A stretch of DNA of 34,829 nt from Catajapyx aquilonaris (Eukaryota): NCBI GenBank assembly GCA_000934665.2, contig KZ539059.1:1-34829 (forward strand), read 5' to 3'. The notes under the pieces are model-generated. The model saw nothing but the letters and a program-made list of their open reading frames with translations, had not been told where the DNA came from and did not search any database. Position 1 is the stretch's first letter; every line of letters begins with the position of its first letter. The translations under genes and the position numbers were made by a program. Below, in pieces: positions 22,101 to 32,705 of the stretch.

Positions 22101-25100
22101 CCACCCTGCAGTCAAGGACAGTGAAGCGTATTCATGCCAAATTGCTGGCTCTTTGGAGATTCCCCCGGGGTTCCCCTGCGCCGGCTAGCAGCGCCACAAC
22201 GACAAGAAGTGCCCCCCCAGAAAAATTCTTATGAATCCCCCCACATTTTGAGCCCTGTTTCACTTCGGTAGGTGTACCCGTTTGAAAGTTATTAGGAAAT
22301 AAAAGTAGGTACCGACTTCTGGATCACCCTGTACATGGTGGCCCATATTGATGCATATGACATTTCACAGGCTGTAGCTTTTAAACTACTGTGTGAAAAA
22401 TATCGAAGTGGTGTCACTGAGTGGCCTGAGAATAGGAGTAACGATGTGCTGCACAGGGAACCCCTGCATTGTTGTAATAAGGAATGGCGGCGAATCAATT
22501 GTCACTGGAGCAGCGCGAACATTGTTTATACTCAGCATAAAACAATAATTATGCGGAGGTGAAACGAAGGAAGGCAGCTGAGTTTGGAGCCAGTGGCTAT
22601 GTTGATGTGATTTATCAGAAATGTGAAATTTGGCCTCATCTGTCCACATGATCTGTTCTGCCAAACCTGGATTTTCCTGCAGCATTCCCAACCATAAGTC
22701 TGTGAACTGCATGTGCCTATCTGGGCATCCTCATTGAGAGCATTAAGCAGGGGGGTGATATGGCTTTATGTTCAGGTCCTTTATTATTTTCTGCTGTGTC
22801 CTGCAAGGAATGTTCAGCAGCCTGGACACACGCCAATGTGATTTTGGCTTGTCAGGAAAATTTTGAAAGGCATTCACCACAAGCGATCTGTTCTCATTGA
22901 TATGCACACTCCTCGGCCTGATCCCTTCGCTTCCTATACAGTGCCGCTGGTGTCGAAATTTGAGTTTACTCTTGTGATGGTTAGCACACTAAGGTCAGTG
23001 CCTCCAAACTCAGTTGCCATCCTTCGTTTCACCTTCAAATTTATTTTACCCCGTGATAGGCCTCCAAGGGCCTTTTTGGGGTGTGGCACACCACCATCAG
23101 TTTTCTTATATTTTTTCTTCATCTCTGGTGCAAGGAATCAAGGACATTAGGTAAGGATTGGGATTTTCAGGGTGGGGATATGGGTGCAGGTGCAATGACT
23201 CAAGTTTGGGTCATGTGTAGTCCAGGAGATTAGGTTGCCAGACACCTCCTTGGTGCAGGTCAGAGACCCTCCTGACGCAGGTGAAAGGGATCTCCCAAGG
23301 CGGGGGCTCGAACCTGGGGCCTTTCACTCAGCAAGCCGAGATGTTACCATCTCGGCCATCTACACCTCCCCATTTCACCTTCAAATAAATTGTCTGTTTC
23401 AGAGTATAAATGCCCACAACATACATTCTGCTTTAGTGACAATTAATTCACGACCATTCCGTATCACAACAATGCAGGGGTTCCCCGTGCTGCACATCAT
23501 TACTTATATTCTCTGGCCACACAATGACACCACTTTCGATATTTTTCAGGCAGTAGTTTAAAAGCTGCAGCCTGTGAAACGTCATATACATAAATATGAG
23601 CCACCCTGTACATGCATCCAGTATGTTATGCCATCAACAGAATTGTTCACTGCCTTTTTGTTGCCACCTCTTGACAGTCATGGTGACTTTGTGACGATTG
23701 TGGACCTCCCTGAGGGAAAGCATCAGTACAAGTTCTATGTCGATGGTGAATGGAAGCATGACCCAACAGAACCCACATTGGACAATGAGATGGGGACGCG
23801 TAACAATGTGATCTCAGTGAAGAAGACGGATTTTGAGGTGTTTGATGCATTGGCCATGGACAGTGTGAGCTCTGGGGCAAACCAGATGGGAAGCTACACC
23901 CAAGAGATCCCCATGTACAAGCCATGGGAAAAGAGTACTGGTCCTCCCATTCTACCGCCTCACCTGCTTCAAGTCATACTCAATAAGGACACACCACTGT
24001 CTGTAAGTATTTGGGAATTGTTAGTACAGCTTATTTTACAAGACAATTGCATTCAAAAGCAGATACAAATAATATTTGCTTACAAAAATTTATGTACAAG
24101 TGCATATGGTTTTTTCTTAACATGTACTCACTACTGTCACGGCAAAAAAAAAAAAAAAAAATGAAAAGAATTCCTGTTGAGGGGTTCCAACAAGTTCACT
24201 GGAAATTCCGCAAAGTCACTTCAAAGTGTATATACAGGGTGAAGGGAAACTCGTGCCCAATCGCCACGTAGTCTGATAGTACTCGCAAAACTAATATAGG
24301 GATGTGCAATATATTTGTTTTGGGCACCTGTGCGTAGTTAATGCATACTATGCCTATAAAGTGTAGAGGGCTGGATGGTAAAATATGAGGTAAAAATGAC
24401 AAGTGCACAGGTGTCGTACCTGGATTCTTGCTTTGACGGGATTTGATCACCTATTGTACATGGACGATGTGTTACAGACCCTAAGCTGGATTGTTCAGAG
24501 GCCCTCGAGGTGGCTTTTGCTTCTTTATAGCTAGCAGAACAGATGTGACGGCGCCGTACGCATTAACTATGCAACGGTGCCCAAAACTAATTGCACGTCC
24601 CTATATTAGTTTTACGAGTACTATAAGTCTACCTGGCAATTGGGCATGAGTTTCCCTTCATCCTGTAGTAGCATATTCCCTAAACTTGACATATGCTACC
24701 TTACATTCATGTTGGAGCTCAGACTTCATCAGTTTCAGAGTTAACTCATTGAATTCCTTCAACATGGAGCATTCAGGTCAGACTCCTTCCAGAGTCGTCA
24801 ATGGCCTAATATAAATCTAAAATGAAGGAGGTGAGAAATATTGAAATTCCGACTGTTAACAACATAAACTGCGATGAGCATTTGTTTGCCCTTTAGACAT
24901 ACATGGCCATCCATCTGCCTTGCACCATATCCTGGAATGTATTCACAAGCACAGTATAACCCTTGCCATGCATTTTCGTCATCGGCTGCATCATTAACAG
25001 TTGGGTTTTTGGCATTTCTCACCCCTACACTTTCTACTTGTATTGGATCAGAGAGTCCACGGGCTAGAGAATGACCTGGAGTTCCGACCTACCCTGGCTT

Positions 25101-25438
25101 GTCTTCACCTTGTGTTGTGACAGTATATGGCAACATTGGCACTTACAGTGGGTGCCCCTAGCACTTGGTTTATTGGCAGGGAGCTATCAGATATCACAGC
25201 TGAAAGCTTTTCATTGCAGTCATACCATGTTCATGTGCAAGGCATGCCATGAAAATTACAAGTGCCCAATTGATCACTGTTATTTTCCTAGTGTGAACCA
25301 ACTCTGCTTCCGGAACCCAACCATGTGATGCTGAACCACCTGTATGCCCTGTCCATCAAAGATGGTGTCATGGTCCTCAGTGCCACCCACCGATACAGGA
25401 AAAAATACGTCACTACACTGCTCTACAAGCCAATCTAG
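13144..25438 (+). CDS. PRKAB1: 5'-AMP-activated protein kinase subunit beta (PRKAB1/2 co-orthologue; Drosophila alicorn), 4 coding exons, 271 aa
   Basis: Exons 13144-13308, 21121-21299, 23678-24002, 25292-25438 total 816 nt. Myristoylation start MGNASS; CBM48 (LPTVFKWDGGGKQVYISGTFSNW...LPEGKHQYKFYVDGEWKHDP); PPILPPHLLQVILNKD; C-terminus LPEPNHVMLNHLYALSIKDGVMVLSATHRYRKKYVTTLLYKPI. Confidence 0.97.
13813..14766 (+). mobile_element. Decayed mariner element with C-terminal transposase remnant
   Basis: Inverted arms CTAAAGGGAGCAGGTGTCACATCACATGAT / ATCACGTGATGTGACACCTGCTCCCTCTAG; internal KLKWEVL...DLSP...FQTDDEVKERVHT.FQEQPRDFYEK resembles the mariner C-terminus. True ends uncertain. Confidence 0.65.
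14150..14618. mobile_element. Tc2/pogo-like MITE nested in the mariner relic
   Basis: TA-CCGTATTTACGCGCA ... TGCGCGTAAATACGG-TA, with repeated TATAAGACGCAC subterminal motifs. Confidence 0.85.
14886..15185 (+). mobile_element. RTE-clade LINE 3' fragment
   Basis: Translates as RSILRWFGHVERMKVEEIVKKVYLGGVFGKRGKGRPRKTWLD, the typical RTE ORF C-terminus. Confidence 0.8.
15581..15609. other. Assembly gap (29 N)
   Basis: Run of N; both flanks carry AAGTACC..GTTGCATA, suggesting a repeat at the join. Confidence 0.95.
17088..18100 (+). mobile_element. Degenerate hAT transposon (ZMYM-like C-terminal dimerisation domain remnant)
   Basis: Left end CAGTGCCGGATTT...AGGCACTTGCCTAGGGGC; frameshifted LQTVYPNVDRVLRMCLCTIAT...KLVKYYPRSTVS...YEDIIDAFAQKKGRRK. 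Right TIR not found. Confidence 0.75.
19097..19421 (-). mobile_element. tRNA-derived SINE, family A
   Basis: Reverse-complement copy of 20233-20580 with A/B boxes; TSD TTAAACTGGC at 19085-19094 and 19422-19431. Confidence 0.85.
20233..20580 (+). mobile_element. tRNA-derived SINE, family A
   Basis: Box A TGGCCGAGATGG, box B GGTTCGATCCC, A-rich tail; TSD CACACATCC at 20224-20232 and 20585-20593. Confidence 0.88.
21783..22331 (+). mobile_element. Tc1/mariner (maT/DD37D-like) deletion derivative with long TIRs
   Basis: TA-CAGGGTGATCCAGAAGTCGGTACC ... GGTACCGACTTCTGGATCACCCTG-TA; inverted arms of about 155 bp; N-terminal HTH remnant MSDQLSVSDRVRIANRMEVWDSVIKVQ*WWRRERG from 21989. Confidence 0.88.
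22334..23608 (-). mobile_element. Second maT/DD37D-like element with transposase remnant
   Basis: Diverged TIRs of about 175 bp, TA-CATGGTGGCCCATATT / ATATGAGCCACCCTG-TA; minus-strand remnants LTITRVNSNFDTSGTV and LAEQIMWTDEAKFHISD. Confidence 0.85.
23041..23372 (-). mobile_element. tRNA-derived SINE, family A, inserted in the transposon
   Basis: Homologous to 20233-20580; 14-bp TSD TTTCACCTTCAAAT at 23027-23040 and 23373-23386. Confidence 0.88.
24235..24665. mobile_element. Tc1/mariner-type MITE
   Basis: TA-CAGGGTGAAGGGAAACTC ... GAGTTTCCCTTCATCCTG-TA with long imperfect TIRs. Confidence 0.85.
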
Positions 25439-25549
25439 TTGATATCCCAGTTCTGTTTTATTAATTTGTATTACACGTCATAGCATGTATTGTACATATT
25501 ATTGAGGGTTGGGGGGAGGGGGGATCAATTCATCTCATAGGAAGGGTTA

Positions 25550-25555
25550 AATAAA
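25550..25555 (+). terminator. Polyadenylation signal of AMPK beta
   Basis: AATAAA about 110 nt after the TAG stop; a paralogous copy lies at 27867-27872. Confidence 0.55.
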
Positions 25556-25599
25556 GACAACTGGGTTCATTTCCAATGTGTTATTATATTTGTTATCCA

Positions 25600-25698
25600 T
25601 GTAGTCTTAGGCAGTTTTCAGGTTATAGAGAAGAATCTCATTCTCATTAGCTCCAACATAAGAAACTTCAGCTTCCATCTTCTGCCACTATCACCATT
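25600..25698 (-). pseudogene. Decayed duplicate of the PRDX5 last-exon 3' part
   Basis: AGCTCCAACATAAGAAACTTCAGCTTCCATCTTC resembles GGCTCCACATTAAGCAGCTTCACCTTCCCATCTTC (about 28013-28047), collinear with the shared 47-bp UTR block. Confidence 0.6.
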
Positions 25699-25710
25699 TT
25701 AAAAAGTTAA

Positions 25711-25846
25711 GGCCCATTCACACAGTGCTATGTTCGCTTGCTGCAGTGGTGAGAACTTGTCCTTCCCATTGGCTCCACACCAACATGGACTCATGGGAAT
25801 GGCAAGTTCTTGCCAGCACAGCAAGTGTACTGTGTGAGTGAAGAGC
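25711..25846. mobile_element. Small PIF/Harbinger-like MITE
   Basis: TAA-GGCCCATTCACAC ... GTGAAGAGCC imperfect fold-back; a similar one lies at about 21380-21530. Confidence 0.4.
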
Positions 25847-26054
25847 CTTCATTGTTCCCATCGTAGGTGTTGGAACCAGTCCCTACTGATGCACTTTTCA
25901 TCACTAAATCAAAAGTGCTGTAGCCCATTTGGAATTCACAATGATGTATGCAGAACAAAGGGCCTTAAAATTATTGCCAGTTCTTTGGATGAGATGATGA
26001 TAGCATTTGTTCCATCTGTTGTGCCTGGGGAAAAGATTTGCCAACAATGCGATT

Positions 26055-26430
26055 ATTATAATTATAATTCATACCCCGTTATCAGCCATCGGCTCTTTAG
26101 GGGTGAAGTTGTTGTTGTTGGTTTTTTTGGGGGGTTTTTTTAAGCCTTAACTTTTTGCTTTTCATTTTTACTGTGCTCTTTGGGATAAGATAGGGACGCA
26201 AGGAAGCGGCTGTGGCCTATTAATAATTATTATTAGCACAGTAAGAGCACAGTAAAAATGAAAAGCAAAGAGTTCCGGAGTTGCTTCCGTAATTATTACG
26301 GAAGCAACTCCGGAATTTTCCTGGAAGGACCGTGGGAAACCACGGTCAGAGTTGCCGGCCCGGGGATTTGATCCCAGGACCTCCCGATTAGCAGTCGGAC
26401 ACCATATCCCCTCCTCCAAACTGCTTCGGT
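26055..26430 (-). mobile_element. tRNA-derived SINE, family B
   Basis: B-box-like GGGATCAAATCCC on the minus strand; central AGGCCACAGCCGCTTCCTT domain; highly similar to 27510-27801. Confidence 0.8.
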
Positions 26431-27509
26431 TGAACAATGCGAATATTGCTGGTATACTGTGCGGCGATCTTTTTTGGAAATTAATTTACAGACTTCTATG
26501 GGAGGGAAATCGTTTTCAACACATTCATAACATTTTCCCTGAACGGGTAAGTAGAGTTGTTATTATTTGTAAAATATCTTGTTCGTACCTTCAGCGCATG
26601 AGTAAGCGGAAAACTGGGCAGTGGCGGGCATAGCTGGTACCTGGCGGTCGAGTTCTCAGAGCCTAGATTCTAGGTGGCTGGGGCTCAAGGGGTTAATGTT
26701 GACGCTATAGCCTATACAATTCAGTTTGTGCTATGGAACAGTAATACCAAAAAATATGGCGACCTTAACCTATGTTTCAGATGCCATTGGCGACCTGCTC
26801 ATGAGTCTCAGTTTCGAACACTGCAGGGTGTCACTTCGAATCTATTGAAGCCTATTTGTCCATCCGTAGAGATCAGGCAAATGGCGTCCCTTTAAGAATT
26901 ATAGCATACACTGCATAAACTTATAATAGGACACACCTTTGTTCCTGTGAAGCATTGTAATATCACAACTTGTGCTGAAAGGATCCTACAAAAAAAAAGG
27001 CTTGAATGTTCTGCATGTTGGAAATTTGAACCAGCACATCAGGAGTCACTTCCTCCAGTCCTTATCTGCTGTTTCATTTCCTTAGTTTTATTTGCAAATC
27101 ATAGTGTACATATAGCCTGTTCATTTGGCAAGTAGAAGGTGTTCCATCTGGAAGCCTGGAGGTTTTGCTGCCCTCCTTCGTCTCGTGCAAGGCTACGGGG
27201 ATGCGGTCTGGTGGTGCCAACAACTCGGCAATGAGATGGTACTCCTGCCTCACCCATCCTTTGTTGGTGGATGTCACCTGGGACACCGCCGAAGTCAACA
27301 ACCCGGCATAGCCTGTCCTGTCGGCAATCTGTTGTATCTCCCCCCCCCCCCCCCCCCCCCCCCCCCCNACCATTATCTACGGGTACCTGACCAGGCTCCA
27401 GATTTTCTTTGTTATATATAATGGTATTTGTGAGGGTCAGGAGGGCCAGCTCCTCATTATCCGCTGGCACCCCGCTGGGAAAAGCCGTGATGTATATGTC
27501 TGTATGTTG

Positions 27510-27801
27510 TAATAATAATTCAATAATTCATACCCCATTATCAGCCATCGGCTCTTTAGGGGGGAAGTTTGTTTTGTCTGGAACTCTTTGCTTTTTCATT
27601 TCATATTGCTCTTTGGGATGGGATAGGGACGGAAGGAAGCGGCTGTGGCCTATTAATTACGGAAGCAACTCCGGAATTTTCCTGGAAGGACCGTGGGAAA
27701 CCACAGAAAACCACGGTCAGAGTTGCTGACCCCGGGATTTGATCCCAGGACCTCCCGATTAGCAGTCGGACACCATATCCCCTCCTCCAAACTCCTTCGG
27801 T
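27510..27801 (-). mobile_element. tRNA-derived SINE, family B
   Basis: Second copy of 26055-26430 with a (TTA)-like tail. Confidence 0.8.
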
Positions 27802-27957
27802 GTATGTATGTATAGTGTACACATCATTATTGGAGAGTGGGTGATTCAATCTTGCAGGAGGGGTAAAATAAAGCCAACTGGTTTCATTTCCAATGTGTAA
27901 TTATATTCATGTTGGACCCTATATCAAGGATTGCTATGGTTTCTTAGATATGCAGCT

Positions 27958-28584
27958 TTACAGACCAGAGAGAAGATTTTGGGCCAGGGAGCATGTGAGT
28001 CCCTTTCCATCTGGCTCCACATTAAGCAGCTTCACCTTCCCATCTTCCACCACCATTGCAAAACGCTTCAGGCGTGTTCCTCCAAGGACATCCAGATCCT
28101 GAGCCAGGTCTGTGGCTTTGGCAAAATTTGCATTTGTGTCTGCCAGCATCCGGATCTGGAAGCAATAAATAAAACATACTTGTTGGTGGGAGGGATTGAG
28201 TATGACACATTTCTCAATCTCTTATTGCAATTCCATGGATGCAGTTAGTGAAATATTTACTATCAATACAATGACAAACATGTGATGTTTGTCACTTTTG
28301 CGATGTCTAACACTCTCTGGCTTCAAAGACCATGCAATTTTCAGGCATAAATGTAATCACTCTGGAAGTAGCATATCAATGAGCTTCAGTGACAAGAGCC
28401 ATAGCACCTGGCATGTTTCCTTGTTACTGTTGGTGGATATGTCTATTGGAGATTCCACCCGAGATGAAGCCAGAGACGACCTAAACTCTGCACGAGATGA
28501 AGGGGGTGTCCCCGGGCTGGCATCGAACCCGGGACCTTAACATCCGTGGGCGCGTACGTTACCACAGCGCCACTCCGCCTCCCC

Positions 28585-28654
<70 letters not shown>

Positions 28655-28875
28655 GTAGTGCCCCACGATGAATCCGTCAGAGACTCCACAAAATAATAAC
28701 TCAGGAACACACGGGCAAGGTTTACGAGCCACTATGGCACTCTATTTGGGACACGAACTACAACACATCCGTCCAGGAGGACGATCGAACAAGAACTAAC
28801 ATTTATCAAAACATCAACAACATCAGTGTCCTGGCAACCAGGGCAACAGACAACAACCTGGTAGCCAGGACACTA

Positions 28876-28943
<68 letters not shown>

Positions 28944-31900
28944 TGCTTGACGAGCCAGCCAATTGGATATTTTCTTGTTACTGTTAATAACATGCCATTT
29001 CACCTTTCATTTCTCATACCTTTCCATCTGTACCATTTGCCTTTCCCCAAGCATCCATCACAAAAGCATCATTCACAGCCATGCAGACCACCTCCTGGAT
29101 GCCTTTGCCTTTGAACTCTGGTATCTTGCTGACATAGCCTGGCAAATGGGTCTGAAAATATATGTCAATATGAAGCTTAATTTTAAAACAATTGATCATT
29201 TCTAATGCTCCTCATTCCAATGCAATGTGTCCAAGATGTGAATTGAGACAAACTAATTCTATGTACCAACAAACCCACAGTTGCAAGCCCCTAGACACAG
29301 TCAACCACACACAACTTTTTGTACAAAGATTGCCTGTGAGGTGGACCCACACACCTACAGTGGTTGCTTATGGAGCATGATGAGTGACAATAATGATTCA
29401 TCGGATTTTACAAGGTTGCCTCATTTGCATTAATAATAATAATCACACTCATGCCCTCTGTAAGCAACCACTGTAAATCTGCAAGTCCAGATGTCGCGTG
29501 ATCTCCCTACAAAAAGGTGTCGAGTGTGATGTCGCCTACGTGTCTGGTCATCTCCCTCATTACTGATTGGTCCCTTGACATTACTCTTCACTACATTTTT
29601 TACTCATTTTGGGCCAATGATTACACTCTGGCCAGATCACCCACTAGTAAGAAATGCCCTCTGTACACACTGATGTGGCAATTCATGCAGATGTCAAGAA
29701 ATAGACTGGCCACACTGATATCACAAAACCTGCTGACGTTTTCCTTCAAAAACCTCTGTGAAGAAACTCTATTATATTATTATATGACAAATTTGCATTT
29801 TAAAAATCCTATGCCTCTATCCCATTTAGTAAACTGACCTTTGAGCATCCAGGTGTAAATGCACCAGGGACTCCAAAGATAAGCACCTTCTTCCCCTTGC
29901 ACAAGTCAGCAATATTGACTTTGGTGGCAGGAGTCTCCTCATACAGCTCCACACTTGGAATTGTGTCTCCAACCTGAATGTAAATGTTTGCATCAATTAA
30001 CACTGACAATGATGTTTATGTTTTCTAATGTGGTACATGATTACAATGCAATGCATTTTTTCAAGCTGATAACAAATCCAAATAGAATTTAAAATCACCC
30101 TCAGATATCAGGCAATGGCTTTAAAATATATTAATTTCTACACACATCCATACAGGCCTGGGGCTCTGGAACAGGGCAGGTTGGGTGGGCCAATTTTTAT
30201 GGAATATGAAAGAATATCAAAAGAAAATTATTTAGGCTGAAATAAGTTTAATTGAGTAAGAGAGTAGAGCAAGTGCATACTGTCTGACCACCAATATGGA
30301 ATTAGAGTAAATGTCTGGTTTCTGGCTGGATTTAATTTCCTAGCCTGCCTACTTTAATATAGCTTCTGTAGCCCCTGCAGGGTGTAACAATTGTCATTAG
30401 CTACATGTAGGGCTGCATTCAGATACATCTCATTTTCTTCACCTACTCATAATTAACATATGTTAACATACGTCTAGCGATGTGGCGGGGTTGGGAAGGC
30501 GTGGTGGGCTCCAAACATGTTGGCTACGGGTCACAAACAATCGGTTGCCGGGAGAGCACAACAAAGGGCGTCTTGTTACCCTGTCATGCGAACCAATCAG
30601 ACGAGTGCTAGGACCACATATTAATGAAGGAGGTGGGAAATATGAAAGCCATGATGGTTGCTGCAGTCTGTTAACCGAAAGAACGACACTTCATCAAGCA
30701 ACCGTGAAGGCATTCGAATATCAAGGCACCCGATTGTTTGCGACACAACTTTGCCAACCGTCAGGAGGCCCCGCGCCCGCCCAACCCCGACCGCGTTGTT
30801 AAGGTGCGGATAAACAATAGTCTATCGTTTATCTGCACCTAGGGACGCGGTGGGGTTGGGAAGGTGTGGTGGGCTCCAAACATGTTGGCTACGGGTCGCA
30901 AACAATCGGTTGCCGGGACATTGTATGTACAATTGCAAATTGTACAAATTTTGATCTCCCCAACCTTATCAAAGCAAACTTACATCATGTCTCCTTATAT
31001 TTATCCAATATAGAATATGTATCACCAAAGCGAGTGCAGTAGTGTACCAATGTCCCATAACATTCATCCCAACTAACTACAAAAAGTTAAACCACAGCGG
31101 TCACTTGCCCAATGAATGCACAAATATTAACGAAACCTATAAAGATTGCATCAGACTTGAAGATTGCCACCAAATACAAGGGTTGGATTTTAAATAGTGG
31201 CAACGCTGTTCCTCTTGCGCACGGAATTGGAGTTGTGGCTTCTGCGCAAGAAGGGCGATCCAGACAGATGTGGGGCTTGTTTATGTCAAATTTGGACCGG
31301 ATTGTGCTCCCGGTGATGGTGACAGGGTAGTTCAAAGGGGCTGCATCCTCATGTACCGTAAGCCATGGCATCGAAGTTAGAACAGTGCTCTTGGTGTCAT
31401 AATGTGTCATGCTGTACCTGAGGACAGGACTGTCAATGCCCAGTACTATCGCGACTTCTTGGAACACCATCTGAGAGCAGTGATACAACACAAGCGACTG
31501 CACTTCCTGAACACCAGCACCATCGTGTTGCATGACAATTTACCTTGCCATGTCACAGCTTCAGTGAGAGAATTATTGCTTCATTGGCAATGAGAAACAC
31601 TGGAGTACCGTCCCTACTCTCCAGACATGAGAAGTCGCCATTAATACTGGACACTGACAGTCCTGTCTTGCCATCTTGATCTTCAACCAAGAGCTGTTGT
31701 TAACTTCGATGCCATGGCTTAGGGCGGTGCACGAGGATGAGGCCCCTTTGAACTACCCCATCACTAGTAGCACAATTGGGTCCAAACTTGACACGAACAA
31801 GCTCCATGTCTGTCTGGATCTCCTTTCTTGTGCAGAAGCCACAACCCCGCTTCCGTGAGCAAGAGGAACAGGGTTGCCACTATTTAAAATCTATCCCTAG

Positions 31901-32618
31901 TATGTGCACAAATCATTGGTTTGTGATTAACACAATAATAACTACAACATGTACAATTGAGACAGTAGGTGGGCTACAGCTGTGCACTCCTGCAAATGGG
32001 CAATCATGGCAGTGACTAGCAGCACCCAAACTGTCCTTGCCTCTAAGAAAAGGCTTTGAATTATACTCCTTGTAGGGCGTGGGATTAGATAGTTTAGGAA
32101 AGTCGTACAACTTGTACAAGGCAAATGAGGCTTGGGTATTGTCACCACAATCACATTTTTAAATGTGTTTATTGCACTAAATTGTTGTTAGAATTTCAAC
32201 TACACTTTCTTGCAAATGATTTGTTTCGGAGCCTGGAATGGGGGCCAAATGGTGATTTTAAAACCCAGCTGATTGTATGTAAAATATGTAAACCAAATAA
32301 TCCACAGTCATGTACTGCACATTATGACACAACATGCTAGCATCTCAATGTCCTTTTCCCCTTTCTGTGTATTGATTACGTAACACAAATCGATAACAGC
32401 AATAAAATGCGGAAAATGTGACAACTAGTAAGATGCTGTCAACCTTACTACACCTTCTGCTAGAAATATGGCAGTACCTTGAGGGGCATGATGGATGTAA
32501 GGTGAATAAGACGCCGGGCAGTAGAGGCAGAAGGACAAGGGAAGCTGCAGCTGGAGCCGGAGATAAAGCGGTGTCGGAAGGTCAGAGACGCCAACGTCCT
32601 TGATCCCAGGGCTTGCAT
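27958..32618 (-). CDS. PRDX5: Peroxiredoxin-5 (atypical 2-Cys), mitochondrial precursor 201 aa; short form 158 aa from ATG 32489
   Basis: Exons 32618-32478, 29973-29839, 29151-29020, 28155-27958, all phase 0. Peroxidatic motif GVPGAFTPGCSKTHLPGY, VNDAFVM, RLKRFAMVVEDG, resolving Cys in GLTCS. Arg/Ser-rich acid-free presequence before MPLK. Confidence 0.96.
28508..28584 (-). mobile_element. tRNA-like SINE head related to family A
   Basis: Minus strand GGGGAGGCGGAGTGGCGCTGTGGTAACG...GGTTCGATGCC contains A and B boxes. Confidence 0.55.
28585..28940. repeat. (ATT)n microsatellite split by an insertion
   Basis: Pure ATT runs at about 28585-28653 and 28878-28940. Confidence 0.95.
28654..28877. 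mobile_element. Probable solo LTR (224 bp)
   Basis: TGTAGTG...CACTACA termini (TG..CA with short inverted repeat), flanked by TTAT on both sides. Confidence 0.65.
30479..30918. repeat. Head-to-tail tandem of a fold-back element
   Basis: A direct repeat of about 75 bp at 30479-30553 and 30844-30918; palindromic junction AGGTGCGGATAAACAATAG-T-CTATCGTTTATCTGCACCT centred at 30821. Confidence 0.75.
31177..31900 (+). mobile_element. Mariner deletion derivative with inverted arms of about 215 bp
   Basis: TA-CAAGGGTTGGATTTTAAATAGTGGCAAC ... GTTGCCACTATTTAAAATCTATCCCTAG-TA; internal TVNAQYYRDFLEHHLR...IVLHDNLPCH...YSPDM is a mariner catalytic-core remnant. Confidence 0.88.
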
Positions 32619-32705
32619 TTTGCTGCCGGAAAGACACGAACCTGCGGAGGGGAGAGGTGGAAGTGAGTTCCGGGCGGGTGGGTAGGCGCAGAGTGGAACA
32701 TGTAT

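Noticed and set aside
30961..30990. Alternative first PRDX5 exon (ATGAT|GTAAGT)
   Set aside because: Phase 2, incompatible with the phase-0 acceptor at 29973.
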